From: an uncultured delta proteobacterium
Lineage (GTDB): Bacteria; Myxococcota_A; Polyangia; Polyangiales; B10-G4
DNA length: 64,000 nucleotides
Assembly (NCBI GenBank): GCA_963727445.1
Contig: CAVSGI010000006.1
Span: forward strand, 480,001 to 544,000
Reading direction: 5' to 3'
Made by a program: the position numbers and the translations under genes. Positions 10,020-20,830 of this stretch are shown in pieces. A model generated the notes under the pieces. The model saw only the letters and a program-made list of their open reading frames with translations. It did not search any database and was not told where the DNA came from. The stretch's first letter is position 1. Every line of letters starts with the position of its first letter.

Positions 10020-11057
10020 GTGACCGGCGGCACCTACAGCGTGATCCGTTTCGCGTACGGCGCCTATCTCGTCGCCTCGCTCGTCCAAAGCGCGCTCGGG
10101 GCGGGAAGCGATCCGCTGAACCTCGGCGCCGCGATCCTCGGGGCGATCGCCGCAGTCGCCTTCGCCGTCGGCTTTCGCGATCGCATCGCGGCGGTGATGG
10201 TCGCGGCCGCCGTTCTGCTCGTCGGCATGAACGAGCCCTCGCTGGTCATCCCGATCGTCCGCGTCGCCCCGCTCCTCGCGCACCTCGCCTCGAAGGGAAC
10301 GCCGTATGGCGCCCTCGACGCCCGGGGCCGGCCCGATCCGGCGGGGGAGTTCGTCTATCCGCCCACGCTCACCTTCGGGATCTACGCCGTCCTCGCCGGG
10401 GGCTACGCCGCCCTCGCGCTGCCGATGGTGCGTGTTCCCGAGCCCTCCACGGGAGATCTGGTTTTCGCCACCGCCGCGGCGCTCTTCGTGGCCCTCGGGA
10501 TCGTGAAGAGAGCGCGCCTCGCCGTCTGGGCGGTCATGCTCGGGGCGCTGCTGCTACAGATCGGGCTCGGCGGTCATCCGCTCCTGCTCCCTCTCTTCTT
10601 CCTTCATCTCTTCGCCTTCGAGCCGTCCGCCATCCCGCCCCGGCGTCACGGCGCGAGCGAGCGCGTCTTCTACGACGGCAACTGCGGTCTGTGCCATCGC
10701 GCCGTGCGCTTCGCCCTCGCCGAAGATCCGGACGGCGAGGCCTTTCGCTTTGCGCCGCTCGGCGGCGAGGCCTTCGAGACCGAGGTGCCCGAGGACCTGC
10801 AAGAAGGGCTGCCCGACAGCATCGTCCTGCTCACCCACGACGGCGAGCTCCTGGTTCGCTCCTCCGCGATCCTCCGCATGATGGCCGGACTGGGCGGGCT
10901 CTGGCGGGCGCTCGGCGCCCTCGGCGCCCTGGTGCCCCGCGTGTTACGCGATCTCGCCTACGACCTGGTGGCGCGCGTCCGGCACCTGATCTTCGCCAAG
11001 CCGAAGGACGTCTGCCCGATCATTCCGAAGCGCCTCCGGCCTCGTTTCGATCTCTGA
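10020..11057 (+). CDS. Membrane protein with C-terminal DCC (DUF393) thiol-disulfide oxidoreductase domain
   Basis: Multiple TM helices, then VFYDGNCGLCH, RFAPL, LRDLAYDLVARVRHLIF. Confidence 0.85.
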   Translation: MTGGTYSVIRFAYGAYLVASLVQSALGAGSDPLNLGAAILGAIAAVAFAVGFRDRIAAVMVAAAVLLVGMNEPSLVIPIVRVAPLLAHLASKGTPYGALDARGRPDPAGEFVYPPTLTFGIYAVLAGGYAALALPMVRVPEPSTGDLVFATAAALFVALGIVKRARLAVWAVMLGALLLQIGLGGHPLLLPLFFLHLFAFEPSAIPPRRHGASERVFYDGNCGLCHRAVRFALAEDPDGEAFRFAPLGGEAFETEVPEDLQEGLPDSIVLLTHDGELLVRSSAILRMMAGLGGLWRALGALGALVPRVLRDLAYDLVARVRHLIFAKPKDVCPIIPKRLRPRFDL

Positions 11058-11418
11058 GACCGGCCCGGTCGAGGATCGCTTCTCCGATCCCCGGATGCAC
11101 CCCGAGGGGCTCAGCGACGCGAAAGCGCACCCCCGGATGGGCGGCGGCGGCCTCGGCCACGAGGCGCGGGATGTCCTCCATCGCGTGTCGACCCGGCGCG
11201 AGCATGTAGGGGACGGCGATCACTTCCGTCGCCCCCGCCGCCACGCAAGCCGCGAAGCCGGCGGCCACGCCGGGCTCGGCGATGTCCATGTGCGCACCGA
11301 AGACGCGCGTGCCGTCGTTCAGAAGCGCTTCGACCATGCGCGCCACCGCCGCGAGCTGATCGTTGCTCGCGGCGCGGCGGCTTCCGTGGTCGACGAGGAG
11401 GATCGCCCTCGAGGTCAC
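11020..11418 (-). CDS. CbiX/SirB-family chelatase (short single-domain form)
   Basis: ILLVDHGSRR, AHMDIAEP, VPYMLAPGRHAMEDIP, EPLGVHP. GTG start lies 2 nt after the upstream stop. Confidence 0.9.
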   Translation of the reverse strand: MTSRAILLVDHGSRRAASNDQLAAVARMVEALLNDGTRVFGAHMDIAEPGVAAGFAACVAAGATEVIAVPYMLAPGRHAMEDIPRLVAEAAAAHPGVRFRVAEPLGVHPGIGEAILDRAGLRDRNEAGGASE

Positions 11419-11419
11419 G

Positions 11420-13007
11420 TCACCGGCAGGTGCCACCGCTGCAGGTGCCGGAGCAGCAGTCGCCGTTGTCGAGGCATGCGCGACCCATGATGTGGCACTC
11501 ACACATGCCGCCGATGCAGTCCATGTAGCCGCAGCAGTCCGAGCTGAGGGAGCAGGAGTCGCCCGCGCCGACGCAGCAGCGGACGCCGAAGGTCACACCC
11601 ATGCGGCACTCGAGGCTCCCGCAGCAGTCGGTGCTGGTCGAGCAGCTGCCGGCGAGGCCGTTGCACATCGAGCACTCGCTCGCGACGTAGTCCCACTCCG
11701 CGCAGCTGCCGCTGTCGGGCCCGCTCGGGCCACCGACGAGGCAGGCGGTGCTGGAGTTGCACCAGCCGCACTCGAGGCGCCCGGTGCAGTCGCCGCATGT
11801 CGTCGCGCTGGAGCAGGGGTCCGCCGCGCTGCACTCCGAGGAGAGCCACGCCCAGCCCGAGCAGCTCCCCGCGTCGGGCCCGCTCGAGCTGCCATCGTGA
11901 CAGCCGCCGCCGCTGCCGGAGTCGCCGCACCAACCGCAGGGGTAGTGCGCGGTGCAGTCCGCGCAGTCCGCGTAGGTGGTGCACATGCTGGTCGTGGAGC
12001 CGCCTCCGCACGAGGCGCTGATCCAGGCCCAGTCGCCGCAGCTCCCGCTGGTGGGTCCGCTCGAGTTACCCGCCTGACAGCTGCCGCTACCGTCGCCGCA
12101 CCAGCCGCAGCCGCTCATCCCCGTGCAGGTGCCGCAGTCGGACGCGGTGCATGTCGGCGTGGTGCCGCCGCCGCCGCACGAGCTCGAGTACCAATCCCAG
12201 TTGCTGCACGAGCCCGTGCCCGGCCCGGAGCTCGAGCCCGTCTGGCAGCTGCCGCTGCCGTCGGCGCACCAGCCGCAGGGATAGTTGGCGGTGCAGCTCG
12301 AGCAGTCGGTGAAGCCGCACTCGTCGGTGGTGGTGGGCGCGTGGCAGGTGCCCCCCATGCACGCGAGGGTGCTCGAGCTGCAGCGGTTTCCGGTGCAGCA
12401 GGGCTGTCCGTCACCGCCACAATCCGAAGGCGCCGCCGCGCAGCGGCCACTGTTGCAGACCAGACCCGAGGCGCACTCGGAGGGGGGCTTGCAGCAGAAT
12501 CTCACCGTCGGTGCCGCAAGGCGCGCAGGAGCCGCTCACACAGACCAGGCCGCTTCGGCACTCGTCTCCGGTGCAGCACATCTCGCCCGCGCGACCGCAG
12601 TCGCCCGCGGGGCGCGTGCACTGGCCGGTGGGCGAGCAGATCAGGTCCGAGCAGCAATCGCTCGGCGTGCGGCAGGAGCTGCCCTCGGGCGAGCAGCAAG
12701 AGCCGCCGACGCAGTCGAAGTCACCGCAGCAGTCGTTCGGGCCGGTGCAGGCCGCGCCGCCCGGGGTGGCGCAGCAGCTACGGTCGGAGCCGCAGCGCGT
12801 GCCGGGGGTGCAGGGGGTGCTCCCGATGCAGCACATCTGCCCGAGGTCGCCGCAATCACCCATGGTGCTGCTGTCGCGTGTGGTGCTGGTGTCGCGGGTG
12901 CTGCTGTCGCGCCGGATGCTCGAGTCGGAGGTCATCGTGCCGCCGCCGGGGTCACAGGCGACGAGGGTCAGCGCGAAGGCGAAGAAGGCGAAGCGTCGAA
13001 GGGCCAT
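11420..13007 (-). CDS. Cys-rich lipoprotein with PSI-like repeats; +1 frameshift at ~12499
   Basis: Lipobox MALRRFAFFAFALTLVAC. ORFs 12411-13091 and 11420-12505 join as CGTDGE(I)CCKPP after removing one base. Confidence 0.8.
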
Positions 13008-13116
13008 GGCCGAAGCATACCCGATGAGACCGGGCCCCTGCGAGGCTGGCTGGGTCGATCGGGCCGCCCCGTTAGAGGGGCGATCGGTCATGCCCGAGCA
13101 AATGCCGTTCGCTTCG

Positions 13117-15150
13117 CTAGGCGGATTCTGGCTCTCCCTCTGGGGACGCGGGCTCCTCCGCTTCGGGCTCGGGGCTCGGCTCGGCGCGAAGGGCCCTCAG
13201 GGTGAGGAGGGTCAGGATCAGGACGGCCAATAGCAGCGCCAGCCAGAGGAAGAAGTCTTCGAGGTGGAGGGGGGCGCGGGGAGGGACGTGGTCGGGGTTC
13301 GGCTCGAGGCTCCTGGGATAGGCTTCCGACGGTGTGACGGCCAGGATCAGATCGCGGGCGCGGGCAATCTCGTAGTGGGGCGGGGCGACGCCCTCGGCCC
13401 CGAGGAGCATCGTGTAGTCCCCGGGCGGCGCGGCGACGTAGAAGTCGGGGACCGGCACCTCGACGCTCAGCTGTACCGCCGTGAGCGGCGCGTCCGCGCC
13501 ATCGCGCACGACGAGGCGAAGTCGATCCACCCGCACCTCTCCCACTTCGATCCGCATCGCGGGATCGCGATCGGGGCGGCGGCTGAGTCGGCCCCGGCCG
13601 AGCTCGCGCTCCGCTTCCTCGTCGCCAACACGGCCGTAGAGGACGAAGTCGCGATCGAAGAAGCGCTCCGCGGCGTCGACCCGCAGGGCGCGCACCGGTA
13701 CCGGTCCGCTCTCGATCACGACCGTGTGGGCCGTGCCCTCGCGGACGGCTTGGGTCTCGGGGGCGAAGGTGAGGGTGTCGAGGGACGCGTTCGGCTCCGC
13801 GAGGTATGGCCACTGGTGACCGGCGGTGTCGACGATGCGCAGGTCGCCGAGGTCGGGGGCGAGGACGCCGAGGTCCGCGGCGGTGGCGCGAATGCGGCAG
13901 AGGCCTTCGTCCGAGGGATCGACGAAGACGGCGCGCCGGTAGCGGAAACGAAAGCGCTCGACCTCGGCGCCGGGGCGCATGGCCCAGGACAGCGCTGGAG
14001 CGTCGTCGAAGGCCGGGTTGGGACGCGGGCTCTCGAGCGTCGCCGTGGGGAGCGCGGCCTCGACGAGGGCGCGCCCGAGCTCGCTCCCGGCCAGACGAGA
14101 GAGGTCGTAGCGCGGCGCGCGGACGCGGCCTCCGCCGAAGCGGAGGATGGCATCGCCCTCGAGGTCAGCGACCAGGACGGGCTGCCGGAGCACCGCCACC
14201 ACGCGGAGATCGCGAAGCGGCGGTCCGTCTTCATCGGTGATGGAGATGGTGAAAGCGTCGCCTCGTCCCGGGGCGAGCCCGACCTCGAGCGCCTCGTCGT
14301 CGATGGGCGAGGTGATGCGATGAAGGACGCCGCGCCCGAGTCGGGGCGTGCTGCTGCCGAAGCCGTCGTCGCGCACGATGACCGGGCGGGCGAAGACGCC
14401 GGTGCTGGTCTCGAAACGGAGCGCGGTGGGGATGACGCCGCGGGGGCGCCTCACCCGCAGGGTGGTGACGCCGCCGTCGCTCCGCTCGGAGAGGATGGAC
14501 AGAGGGACCTCGATCGTCGGCGCGGACGCGGGTGGACGGGCAGCGACGGCGGTGAAGGTCGGCGAGAGATAGCGGTGGTCGTCGCCTTCGAGGGTGATGA
14601 CGAAGGTGCCGCCGCGCGCGGCGAGGGGAATGCGCCGCTTCTCCCGAAGCGGGCGGGTGAAGCGGAAGAGGGTGCCGCTGCCGCGCTCGCCCGCAGCGCC
14701 GTCGCGCTCGGCGATGTGGTAGCGGCGGGTGAAGTCAGAGGCCGCGGTGTCGATGGAGAGATCCCATCCGTCCGTGCCCACGGGCGCCGGAGGAAGCGCG
14801 AGGACGAAGGTCTCGTAGTTGGCGAAGCGGTCGTAGACGAAGCGCCGTCGCTCCTGGGTGGCTTCGAGGGGGACCAGGGGGCTCTGCTCGGTCGCGGGTC
14901 GTGGCGTGACCGTGCCCGCGAGGAGCCAGGGCACCTCGTCGCCGAAGCGGTTCACGATCCGCACGTCGCTCAGGTCGGCGGACGCGTCGCGGAGCACCTC
15001 CTCCGACAGTGGGATGCGATGAAGTCCCGGTTCCATCACCCGGATCGGGGCTTCGTTCCGCAGCAATGGCGTCAGGTCCCTTCGTTCCTGGGCGCTCGCG
15101 GTCGATGCGAGGAGGAGGGCGGGGAGCAGCAGTGGGACGATGCGCTTCAT
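13117..15150 (-). CDS. Secreted, C-terminally anchored protein (DUF3999-like, duplicated module)
   Basis: Start MKRIVPLLLPALLLASTASAQ overlaps the upstream stop (ATGA). Two copies of DLxDxRIV..G..PW/YL. C-terminal TM helix. Confidence 0.75.
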   Translation of the reverse strand: MKRIVPLLLPALLLASTASAQERRDLTPLLRNEAPIRVMEPGLHRIPLSEEVLRDASADLSDVRIVNRFGDEVPWLLAGTVTPRPATEQSPLVPLEATQERRRFVYDRFANYETFVLALPPAPVGTDGWDLSIDTAASDFTRRYHIAERDGAAGERGSGTLFRFTRPLREKRRIPLAARGGTFVITLEGDDHRYLSPTFTAVAARPPASAPTIEVPLSILSERSDGGVTTLRVRRPRGVIPTALRFETSTGVFARPVIVRDDGFGSSTPRLGRGVLHRITSPIDDEALEVGLAPGRGDAFTISITDEDGPPLRDLRVVAVLRQPVLVADLEGDAILRFGGGRVRAPRYDLSRLAGSELGRALVEAALPTATLESPRPNPAFDDAPALSWAMRPGAEVERFRFRYRRAVFVDPSDEGLCRIRATAADLGVLAPDLGDLRIVDTAGHQWPYLAEPNASLDTLTFAPETQAVREGTAHTVVIESGPVPVRALRVDAAERFFDRDFVLYGRVGDEEAERELGRGRLSRRPDRDPAMRIEVGEVRVDRLRLVVRDGADAPLTAVQLSVEVPVPDFYVAAPPGDYTMLLGAEGVAPPHYEIARARDLILAVTPSEAYPRSLEPNPDHVPPRAPLHLEDFFLWLALLLAVLILTLLTLRALRAEPSPEPEAEEPASPEGEPESA

Positions 15151-18100
15151 CGAGCGGCCTCCTCTTCGAGAGCGCCTCGGAAGACGAAGCGCTGATACGC
15201 CAGGGAGATGAGAAGCAGGGAGGTGGCGAGCCCGACCAGCGATGCGACGCGGTAGAGGTCGGAGAGATGGCTCAAGTCGTAGAGGAAGACCTTCGCCGCC
15301 GTGAGGGTGGTGAGACCGAGGCCGATGGCGCGAAGGCCGCGGGCGCCGCGCCCCATGCCGAGGCCGAGGAGGCCGAGCCCGTAGACCGCCCACGAAAGGG
15401 AGAGGCAGAGGTCCCGCGCCATGGCGTGTCCGGTAGGGATCGAGAGATGATCGCCGTTGGCGAAGAGATCGAAGATCACGAGGTTCACGTAGACGAAGCC
15501 GACCGCGATGGCGGCCAGGGCAGCACCGCGCGCGGGCACACGCCATCGCGTGGGCAGCACGTTCGTTTCCCAGGCCCGCGAGAGGCGCGCGTCGTGTCGC
15601 CAGAGCAGCACGTGGGCGCCCACGAGACAGGCGACCGGAACCAGGAAGGTGTAGCCGAGCCAGAGGAAGCCGGGAAGCTCGGAGCGCAGGTGATAGTCGA
15701 GGAGCCACGGGTTCGCGGTGAGGCGCACGGTGACCGTCGCCAGGAGCGCGAGGCCGAAGTACTTGAGCCCGGGGTGGTCGAGGCGGAGCCAGAGGAAGAG
15801 CAGGGCGAGACCCTCGAGCGCCCAGGCCACGGTGATCCACTCGCGCGCGAGCTGCAGTGGTACGGCGAGGGTGATGAAGCCGGCGATCACCGCGGCGAGC
15901 CAGATGACGCCCTTGCGGCGCGCCTCGGGGCTCGTGGTCCGGCGCTGGAGCGCCACGAGTGAGAGGAGCGCGACGAAGGCGAGCGCGATCGGGAGCGCGC
16001 CGATGAACGAGGGCCCGAAGGTCACGTCGAAGGCGCGCTTCAGCGCGAAGAAGAAGAGCGGTCCGCCGAGGGCCGCCGCGCGCTGGGCCCAGGGGTCGCG
16101 GATGGAGCGCGCCGACAGGTGCGGCGCGAAGGTCGACAAGAGGGTCATCGCGAAGACGCCCGCGAGCAGGAGCGCGCCGCCGCCGGCGTCGAGGCGGGGG
16201 TCGGCCCACGCGATGTAAGTGATGACCACCGCGGACAGGAGCGTCGTGCTGAGGAGCCACCCGCCGTGGACGAGCCGCGCCGCCGCGAGGGCGCCGAGCA
16301 GCTGGTAGAGCAGCACGGCGCCGATCACCGTGAGCACGGGGAGCGTCATCGTGCTGCCGGCGACACCGAACGAGCAGAGGAGGATGAGCGTCGCCACCAA
16401 CGCGCCCATGGTGGCGTGGGTGCGCAAGCGTGCGGGGAGGGCGAGGGCCGCGAAGGACAGGAGCGTGGCCGCCGCGATCGAGACGACGAGGAGGGTGGCG
16501 GGGGGGGTCGCCGGGCTTCCGTCGCCGAAGAGCGAGGCGGCGACCGGGCCGAGCGCGGTGATCGCGCCGAGGGCGGAGGCGAGACCGACGGGCGCGAGGG
16601 CGGCCAGGAGCTCGCCGTCTTCGAAGGTGGCGTTGCGGTAGACGAGCGCGGTGCTGAGGAGGAGGCCCGCGAGCCACGGCCAGAGGGGGACGCTGGGCGC
16701 GGCGATGGCCGCCAGGGCCATCAGGGAGAGCGGGCCCACAGTGGTGACGAGGCCGGCGAGGCGTTCTTCTGGAAGCGATCCAGCGCGCTCGCGTCGAGCG
16801 CCGATGCGCCACTCCAGCGCGAAGTGGAAGAGCCCGCCGAGGATGGCGGAGAAGGTCACCACTTCGGCTGCACCGAGGAGCGTGTCGGGATGCGCGCGAA
16901 GGAGGTAGACGGCGAGCACGCCGACGGTTCCAGCGGCCGCGACCAATCCGAGGACGGGATGCTTCTGCCGGTGGCCGACGAAGAGCGCGCCCGCACAGAG
17001 CAGCAGCATCAGGATGCCGACCGGGTAGAGATGGGGACCGAAGTCGGCGTTCGCCGCGAAGAAGAGGGCGAAGGTGAACGGGGTCAGGAGCGCGAGGGCG
17101 CGGGTGAGAGAGCCGAGCGAGTCGCCCTCGCGCCGCGGAATGGCGGCGAAGAGCGCGGCGAACACGCCGAGGATGGCCAGACCCATGAAGAGCCGCCCGG
17201 GCCCCATGTCGCCGACGATCCACAGCGCCTGGTAGAGGGTGGTGAGGCCGAGGCTGAGCAGGCCGAGGGCCGGCCACCGTCGATGATGCGCCACCCACAG
17301 GAGCGCACCGTCGAGGAGCAGGAGGTAGGCGAAGAGCGCGATCGGTCGGTCGCTGCCGGTGGTCAGGAGGAACGGCGTCGCGAAGCCGCCGAGCAGACCG
17401 AGGATGGCGATGGGCATCGCGCGGTGCCGCACGGCGAGGAGACAGGTGATCGCGGTCACGCCGCCCATCAAGGCGAAGCCGAGGGTGTTCGGGATGAGCG
17501 CGTAGCGCGTGGTGCCAGCCCAGAACGAGAGATAGAGGATCGCGCTCGCCGCGCCCGCGAGCCAATCGGCGAGCACGGGATGCCGCTTGCGCAGCGGGAT
17601 CTCGGAAGCGACGAGACAACCGAGCCCCGCGAGGGTGCCGAGAACGACGCGAAGCGCGGGCGTGAGGAGCCCAGCGTCGATGGAGTACTTGAAGAAGAAC
17701 AGCCCCGCGAGGACGAGGACCCCGGCGCCGACTGCGGCCGCGCCCCGAACACCGAGCCACTTCTCCCACTCGACGGAGGCGGGGACGGGGGAGGAGACGG
17801 GCGCGGGGTCGGGGACGGGCGCGGCGTCGGAGACGGGAGCGGGGTCGGGAGCGGGAGCGGAGCGGGAGCGGGAGCGGGAGCGGGAGCGGGAGCGGGAGCG
17901 GGAACGGGTTCGGGAACGGGAACGGGAACGGGTTCGGGAACGGGAGCGGGAATGGGAGCGGGAATGGGAGCGGGAACGGGAGCGGGAACGGGTTCGGGAT
18001 CGGGAACGGGATCAGGAGCGGGTTCGGGGACGTGAACGGGCTCTGCGGCCATTTTCGGCTCTTCGGTCGCTTCCAGGTGCGCGTGGATCCTCGCGGCCCA

Positions 18101-18250
18101 GGTCTCGAGCTCGTCGACGCGGGCGCGCAGGGCGCGGAGGTGTGCGTCCTGGTTCGTCTTGCGGACGATGAAGACGATCAGCGCGGCGATCGCGGCCACG
18201 AAGCTGGCCGGGATGGCGAGGACGGCGAGGGCGATCAAGAGCTCTTCCAT
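15147..18250 (-). CDS. DUF2339-family polytopic membrane protein; frameshift within the Pro-rich repeat (~17860)
   Basis: MEELLIALAV start with GGAGG SD. After the PA/PV repeat the frame continues WEKWLGVRGAAAVG..FFFKYSIDAG, GLLGGFATPFL, KVFLYDLSHLSDLYRVASL. Confidence 0.85.
17790..18032. repeat. Hexamer microsatellite (GGGAGC/GGGAAC)n encoding a Pro-Ala/Pro-Val linker
   Basis: Directly visible. One unit near 17858 lacks a G and breaks the frame. Confidence 0.9.
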
Positions 18251-18272
18251 CAAACCTCCGGCAGGAGGGCAG

Positions 18273-18289
18273 AGCAGCGCGCGTGCCAG
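18273..18289 (-). promoter_or_regulatory. Putative sigma54 (-24/-12) promoter of the DUF2339 operon
   Basis: Minus strand CTGGCACGCGCGCTGCT matches TGGCACG-N4-YTGC with exact GG-N10-GC spacing, 23 nt before the ATG. Confidence 0.65.
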
Positions 18290-18395
18290 GCGGGAATCCT
18301 TTCGGATCCTCGGCGCGCGGCCAGAGGGCGTGGACACGGGGTGCACACGCGCGGGCCGAGGCCGGTCTTTCGGTGTACCCCCCCGGCCATGGCGC

Positions 18396-18412
18396 TTGGC
18401 GAAGTCTTTGCG
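18396..18412 (+). promoter_or_regulatory. Possible sigma54 promoter of the beta-helix gene
   Basis: TTGGCGAAGTCTTTGCG has GG-N10-GC spacing with TGGC and TTGC boxes, ~50 nt before the ATG. Confidence 0.4.
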
Positions 18413-18461
18413 TCGCTCTGCGCCTTTTCCCCTACACGATGCCGCCTCCATGATTGGTGGC

Positions 18462-19601
18462 ATGCGCTGTGGCCGCGTCCTGCTCTTCGCTCTGGCGCTC
18501 TTCGCGGCGGGATGCGGGCGCATCGGCTACGACGCCGCTCACGATCAGGTCCTCACGGTGGATGTGGTCGAGGACCGGATGGCGGCGCCGGCGGATGCCA
18601 CGCGGCCGAGCGACGTGGGCGCGCTGGGCCTGTCGCTGCGCGAAGCGCTGACCATCGCCGGCAACACGCCGGGGAGCGAGCGCGTCGCGTTCGATCCCGT
18701 CGTCTTTCCTCCCGGCTTTCGCACCGACGTCGACCTCGGATCCGCCTTGCCGGTGCCCGGCGGCGGCACCCTCGTCGACTGCGACGGGCGTGCGGGCTTT
18801 CGCACGGCGCCCCTCGACTTGAGCGGCGTGTCGGACGTGGAGGTTCGCGGATGCCGCTTCTCGGTGTCGACCGATCACGCGATCCACGTGACGGATTCCG
18901 ATAGCGTCCACCTCCACGACAACGCGTTCTTCGACAGCGGACAGAGCGCCATCTACGTCGAGAGCACCGCGGGATGCAGCGGGCTCGTGATCGAGAACAA
19001 CCGCATCGAACATGCGGGGAGCGATCTGGTCGCGGTCTACGACTGCCGCGATGTGCTGGTGCGATCCAATCTGATGATCGTCGGCGACAAAGGCGCGCAG
19101 CGCGGCCTGCATCTCGAGCGCGTGACGCAGAGTCAGGTCCTCGACAACGTGATCGATCCCGGCAGCGCTCGGATGGTGAACCTGCAGGACTCCTCCGAGA
19201 ACCTGATCCAGGGCAACATCCTCGAGGGAGCGGACGCCGGGGTCGTCCTCGAAGGCGCGTCGAACGACAACCGCGTCGTCCAGAACGTGTCGATGGACAT
19301 GATGTACGACGGCATCTACGTGAGCCCCACGTCCCTCGGAAACACCGTCGTCCACAACACCCTCTTCCGCTGCTCGTCCGCGGTCGTCGACGAAGCGCCC
19401 GACACCATCACCGGCAACAACCTCACGTCCTCGGATCCGGCGGACTTCGTGGACCCGAGTCACGGTGTCTACGACTTCACGCTGGTGGCGGGCAGCGCCT
19501 ACATCGATGCGGGTGAAGACCTGGGCTTCGACTGCTTGCCCGACCTGCCGGGCGACTTCCTGGGCGCGGCCCCTGATCTCGGCGCGGTCGAGAGCTACTG
19601 A
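18462..19601 (+). CDS. Right-handed parallel beta-helix lipoprotein
   Basis: Lipobox LFAAGC. LSLREAL, periodic IENNRI/IQGNIL/VVHNTL strands, and C-terminal IDAG..APDLGAVE. Confidence 0.85.
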   Translation: MRCGRVLLFALALFAAGCGRIGYDAAHDQVLTVDVVEDRMAAPADATRPSDVGALGLSLREALTIAGNTPGSERVAFDPVVFPPGFRTDVDLGSALPVPGGGTLVDCDGRAGFRTAPLDLSGVSDVEVRGCRFSVSTDHAIHVTDSDSVHLHDNAFFDSGQSAIYVESTAGCSGLVIENNRIEHAGSDLVAVYDCRDVLVRSNLMIVGDKGAQRGLHLERVTQSQVLDNVIDPGSARMVNLQDSSENLIQGNILEGADAGVVLEGASNDNRVVQNVSMDMMYDGIYVSPTSLGNTVVHNTLFRCSSAVVDEAPDTITGNNLTSSDPADFVDPSHGVYDFTLVAGSAYIDAGEDLGFDCLPDLPGDFLGAAPDLGAVESY

Positions 19602-19639
19602 GGCCTTGCGCCGGGCGCTGAGCGTCCGATGATGCGGGG

Positions 19640-20821
19640 GTGGATCAGCCGCGAAAGGCGACGCGGAGCAAGAAACGCCTCCTCCGTGTTCTTGCGCGCG
19701 TGGCGCTGGGGGGCGTCCTTCTGCTCGCGCTGGGGATCGCCGTGGTGGTCTTCGACGGCTGGGAGGCTTTTGGCAAGGCGGCCGAAGGAGCGCGCCTCGC
19801 GCGGATGGAGGCCTCGCCCCACTACCGAGGCGGCGTCTTCGTCAACCCACAGCCCCTCTGGAACGACTACCTGGGGATGCTTCAGCTCGGAAGCGATGAC
19901 GCCGTGCCCGAGGTCGAGCTTCCCGTGGTGCGCGGCACGCGGGCCCGCTTCGTCGACGCGCCCCCGACCGGCCTGCGCATCACCTGGTTGGGCCATTCCA
20001 CGAACCTGATCGAGATCGACGGCACCCGCGTGCTCACCGATCCGATCTTCGGAGAGCGGAGCGGTCCCCTCACGTGGGCCGGTCCCAAGCGCTGGTACGC
20101 GCCGCCCATCCCTCTGGACGAGCTCCCCGCGATCGACGCGGTGGTGATCAGCCACGATCACTACGACCACCTCGACCATCCGACCATCGTCCGGATGCGC
20201 GATTGGGACACCACCTTCATCACGCCCCTCGGCGTGGGGGCCCACCTCGCGTACTGGGGCATCGATCCGTCGCGGATCGTCGAGCTCGATTGGTGGGAGC
20301 GGAGGTCGGTAGGCGGTCTCGAGCTGGTGTGCGTGCCCGCGCGCCACGCGTCGGGCCGCCACCTCTTCGATCAGGACCACACCTTGTGGGCGGGCTACGC
20401 GCTGCTGGGCGATGCGCACCGCGTCTACTTCTCCGGCGACACCGGCCTCTTCCCCGCGATGCGCGACATCGGCGAGCGCTTCGGACCTTTCGACGTCGCG
20501 ATGATCGAGGTGGGCGCCTACGATCAGGCCTGGCCCGACTGGCACATCGGTCCCGAGCAGGCCATCCGCGCCATGGGTATGGTGCGCGGCGAGGTCTTCT
20601 TCCCGATCCACTGGGGCCTCTTCGATCTCGCCTATCACGGCTGGACCGAGCCTATCGAGCGCACGATGGCAGCGGCCGAGGAGGCCGGCGTCACCGCCCT
20701 GGCGCCCAAGCCGGGTCAGAGCATCGAGCCCGACAGCCCGCCGCCCTTCGAGCGTTGGTGGCCCGAGGTGCCATGGCAGACGGCGGAAGAGGATCCGATC
20801 GTGTCGACGAAGGTGGACTGA
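19640..20821 (+). CDS. MBL-fold metallo-hydrolase (NAPE-PLD/RomA-like)
   Basis: TWLGHST, LTDPIF, SHDHYDHLD, PARHASGR, YFSGDTG, PIHWG. Confidence 0.92.
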   Translation: MDQPRKATRSKKRLLRVLARVALGGVLLLALGIAVVVFDGWEAFGKAAEGARLARMEASPHYRGGVFVNPQPLWNDYLGMLQLGSDDAVPEVELPVVRGTRARFVDAPPTGLRITWLGHSTNLIEIDGTRVLTDPIFGERSGPLTWAGPKRWYAPPIPLDELPAIDAVVISHDHYDHLDHPTIVRMRDWDTTFITPLGVGAHLAYWGIDPSRIVELDWWERRSVGGLELVCVPARHASGRHLFDQDHTLWAGYALLGDAHRVYFSGDTGLFPAMRDIGERFGPFDVAMIEVGAYDQAWPDWHIGPEQAIRAMGMVRGEVFFPIHWGLFDLAYHGWTEPIERTMAAAEEAGVTALAPKPGQSIEPDSPPPFERWWPEVPWQTAEEDPIVSTKVD

Positions 20822-20830
20822 GCGGAGGGC

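Noticed and set aside
13117..17769. 1550-aa ORF as one protein (likewise the 786-, 891-, 937- and 686-aa ORFs at full length)
   Set aside because: Their N-terminal parts are Arg/Pro-rich off-frame readings of neighbouring genes. The real starts are internal (15150, 8321, 58919, 47854, 47760).
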